From NCBI GenBank assembly GCA_964521165.1, contig CAZFRA010000002.1, forward strand, positions 66,320 through 130,319: DNA of 64,000 bases, given 5' to 3'. The notes beneath the pieces were generated by a model. It saw only the letters and a list, made by a program, of their open reading frames with translations. It was not told where the DNA came from and ran no database searches. This document shows, piece after piece, positions 62,173 to 64,000 of the stretch. Numbering within the stretch: the stretch's first letter is position 1; each line of letters opens with the position of its first letter. The position numbers were made by a program, and so were the translations under genes. The stretch is from an uncultured Lachnospiraceae bacterium (lineage in GTDB: Bacteria > Bacillota > Clostridia > Christensenellales > UBA1242).

Positions 62173-64000
62173 ATGAAAGATAACTTTTTGACGAAAAAAA
62201 TAATAACTTTTGCTGGATTTTTTCTGGCAATCGTTTTTTCGTTATTTTCTCTTTTATCTTTTGTTACAATCGACTTTGACACGGCGAGTAGCGAAAGTCA
62301 ACTTGAAAGTTGTAATGAGTTTATTGAAGAGTTAAATGCGTTATATCAAAATTTTGGACTTGTTCAGCACGGCGAAGAATATGTTATTGATAAAGACGAT
62401 GTCCAAGTGGAAGACGGCGAAGAATATGTTTCTGCATCGCTTCTATCGGCAAATACTATTACCACTTTTTCCGCTACCGAAACTCAACTTGTTGCATTGA
62501 GTTCGCTTGAAGAGCGCTACACAATCACAGAAGATGACGACTCTTATACCATTTCAGAAAACGACACCACAAACAGAATTATTGTCTACTACGAAGGTTC
62601 GCTTGACGCATACAACACAGAGTATTACGTCGAATGGCTTGGTTATCATATTTATCAATACGAAACACCAGAAGACACGGAAGATGCCTATCTTTATTAT
62701 TCCAGCCTATCTTATGTGGAAAGAGTGAGTTATGACTATGTTATCACCACTGAATCCTTAACATCATCTGTCACCACAACATCAAGTGAATATCTTTCTT
62801 GGGGAGCATCAGTGACTGGAGTTGACGACTTTATAACATATCTCGACTACATTTACGACAATGACGAATCGAAACTTGAAACAGTGTATGTTGCCGTTTT
62901 GGACACTGGTATCAACACGGGACACGAATTGTTTGAAGGGCGCATTTCTTATGAATATTCCAAAGACTTTACCGGAACAACATCAAAAACGGGCTATAAT
63001 TTTGAAGACGACAATGGTCACGGTTCCAAAACCTCGGGCATTATCGTCGACCAAACAAAAAGCAATGTGCAGATAATTGCGCTTAAGGTTTTGGATGAAG
63101 AGGGGTCGGGCACGTTCAGTAGTGTCGTTGCTGCAATCAATTATGTTATTTCATTAAATAAGGACCAAGGAAGCGATGTTGAAGTTCGCGTTATGAATAT
63201 GAGTCTTGGCTACCAAAGCACTGACGGCTCAGTGGTTCACTACACAGAACTCGAAAATTTAATTCGAACTGCTTACAATAATGGCGTCAGTCAAGGCGAT
63301 AATATAAGCATTATGTCAGTTATTGCCGCAGGTAATGGCTCGGCGAACACCGTAACAAGTTCTCCGTCAAATGTCTCAGAAGCGATTGTGGTTTCTGCAA
63401 TCGACCAAAATATGAACTTTGCAAATTATTCAAATTATGGTTCAACAATCGATTTTTGTGCACCGGGAACGTCGATTCTTTCTGCGACCATTGATGAAAC
63501 CACCAGAAAAGCAGATGGATCGACGAAAACTGAAACAAATAGGTATGTGACGGACTCGGGAACATCCTTTGCCGCTCCGCACGTTACTGCGGTTATTGCA
63601 CTTTTGCTTTCCAGTGAATATTACGCTGCTTACAGTAATGCAGAACTTATCAGTGCGTTGCAAAGCGAAGCAATCGACCTTGGCGATGAAGGCTACGACA
63701 TCGAGTATGGTTATGGCTGTATCAACATTTCCGCTTTTGGCACCAGTACGATAGGCGAAATAACTTTTAGCGTGGAAGAAGAAAATCACACAGAAAGTTT
63801 TTCATTGGAACTTTCCTATTCATATGGTGACGGCACTTGTACAATCTATTACACCACAGATGAAACCAATCCTACTCTTAATTCATCAGTCTACACAGGA
63901 CCACTAACTATCTCCAAAACCACACAAATTAGAGCAATGGCTGTTTACAAAAACAACAGTGGTTTGCTAATAAAAAGTGAAATAACCGTAAAAACCTATT
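62173..64000 (+). CDS. Membrane-anchored subtilisin-like serine protease (peptidase S8), 3'-truncated by the window edge. It is not in the supplied ORF track.
   Basis: My own translation from ATG 62173 is open to nt 64000 (609 codons). The N-terminal TM is IITFAGFFLAIVFSLFSLLSFV. The catalytic triad context is VAVLDTGIN (Asp), DDNGHGSKTSG (His) and DSGTSFAAPHVTA (Ser). The downstream CTIYYTTDETNPTLNSSVYTGPLTISKTTQIRAMA resembles the chitobiase/hexosaminidase C-terminal (Fn3-associated) repeat. Confidence 0.88.
   Translation, partial: MKDNFLTKKIITFAGFFLAIVFSLFSLLSFVTIDFDTASSESQLESCNEFIEELNALYQNFGLVQHGEEYVIDKDDVQVEDGEEYVSASLLSANTITTFSATETQLVALSSLEERYTITEDDDSYTISENDTTNRIIVYYEGSLDAYNTEYYVEWLGYHIYQYETPEDTEDAYLYYSSLSYVERVSYDYVITTESLTSSVTTTSSEYLSWGASVTGVDDFITYLDYIYDNDESKLETVYVAVLDTGINTGHELFEGRISYEYSKDFTGTTSKTGYNFEDDNGHGSKTSGIIVDQTKSNVQIIALKVLDEEGSGTFSSVVAAINYVISLNKDQGSDVEVRVMNMSLGYQSTDGSVVHYTELENLIRTAYNNGVSQGDNISIMSVIAAGNGSANTVTSSPSNVSEAIVVSAIDQNMNFANYSNYGSTIDFCAPGTSILSATIDETTRKADGSTKTETNRYVTDSGTSFAAPHVTAVIALLLSSEYYAAYSNAELISALQSEAIDLGDEGYDIEYGYGCINISAFGTSTIGEITFSVEEENHTESFSLELSYSYGDGTCTIYYTTDETNPTLNSSVYTGPLTISKTTQIRAMAVYKNNSGLLIKSEITVKTY

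Noticed and set aside
1-64000. CRISPR arrays, rRNA genes, IS elements, and alternative genetic code
   Set aside because: No regularly spaced direct repeats, no rRNA-like sequence and no transposase-like ORF were seen. TGA terminates well-conserved genes (radC, relA) and Trp is encoded by TGG, so the standard code applies.

Overview
This 64-kb window is a chromosomal segment from an AT-rich, Gram-positive-lineage bacterium. The gene content looks Bacillota- or Mycoplasmatota-like, and the standard genetic code applies because TGA is used as a stop, for example in radC and relA. All calls come from reading the sequence and the ORF track and recognising motifs by eye; no homology search was run. 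Roughly 60% of the window is recognisable housekeeping: uvrB-uvrA plus an MBL-fold hydrolase, class II FBA, hflX, rpoB-rpoC, recJ-relA-hemZ, rpsO-pnp, valS and two type-II tRNA-Leu genes. The rest is accessory or unusual. (1) Two giant N/S/T/Y-rich surface proteins with GLUG-like GG[IV][VA]G repeats occupy about 28% of the window. One is open to the left window edge (over 2,500 aa, C-terminal TM anchor) and the other is a 3,519-aa lipoprotein. (2) An 889-aa PrgI/VirB3-VirB4-type ATPase lies 29 nt upstream of the 3,519-aa gene, with no other type IV secretion components nearby. This is my best candidate for an undescribed system. (3) Two diverged RadC/JAB paralogs in inverted orientation bracket uvrBA, and a divergent pair of membrane-tethered wHTH paralogs sits beside one of them. 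(4) Two small AT-rich islets abut the 3' ends of the two tRNA-Leu genes. One holds DUF488 plus two unknowns. The other holds XRE, DUF4352 and a membrane protein, with a 28-bp perfect palindromic operator. (5) A YhhN (lysoplasmalogenase-family) domain is fused to an Fe-alcohol dehydrogenase. (6) A membrane-anchored S8 subtilase runs off the right edge and is absent from the supplied ORF track. Other notable sequence-level signals are a tRNA-Leu with anticodon AAG (A34) and at least five genes whose -10 box sits 5-7 nt from the ATG, suggesting leaderless mRNAs. There is also a strong terminator hairpin inside the rpoB leader, and the RelA homolog has a degenerate hydrolase domain. No CRISPR array, rRNA, transposase or integrase was seen.
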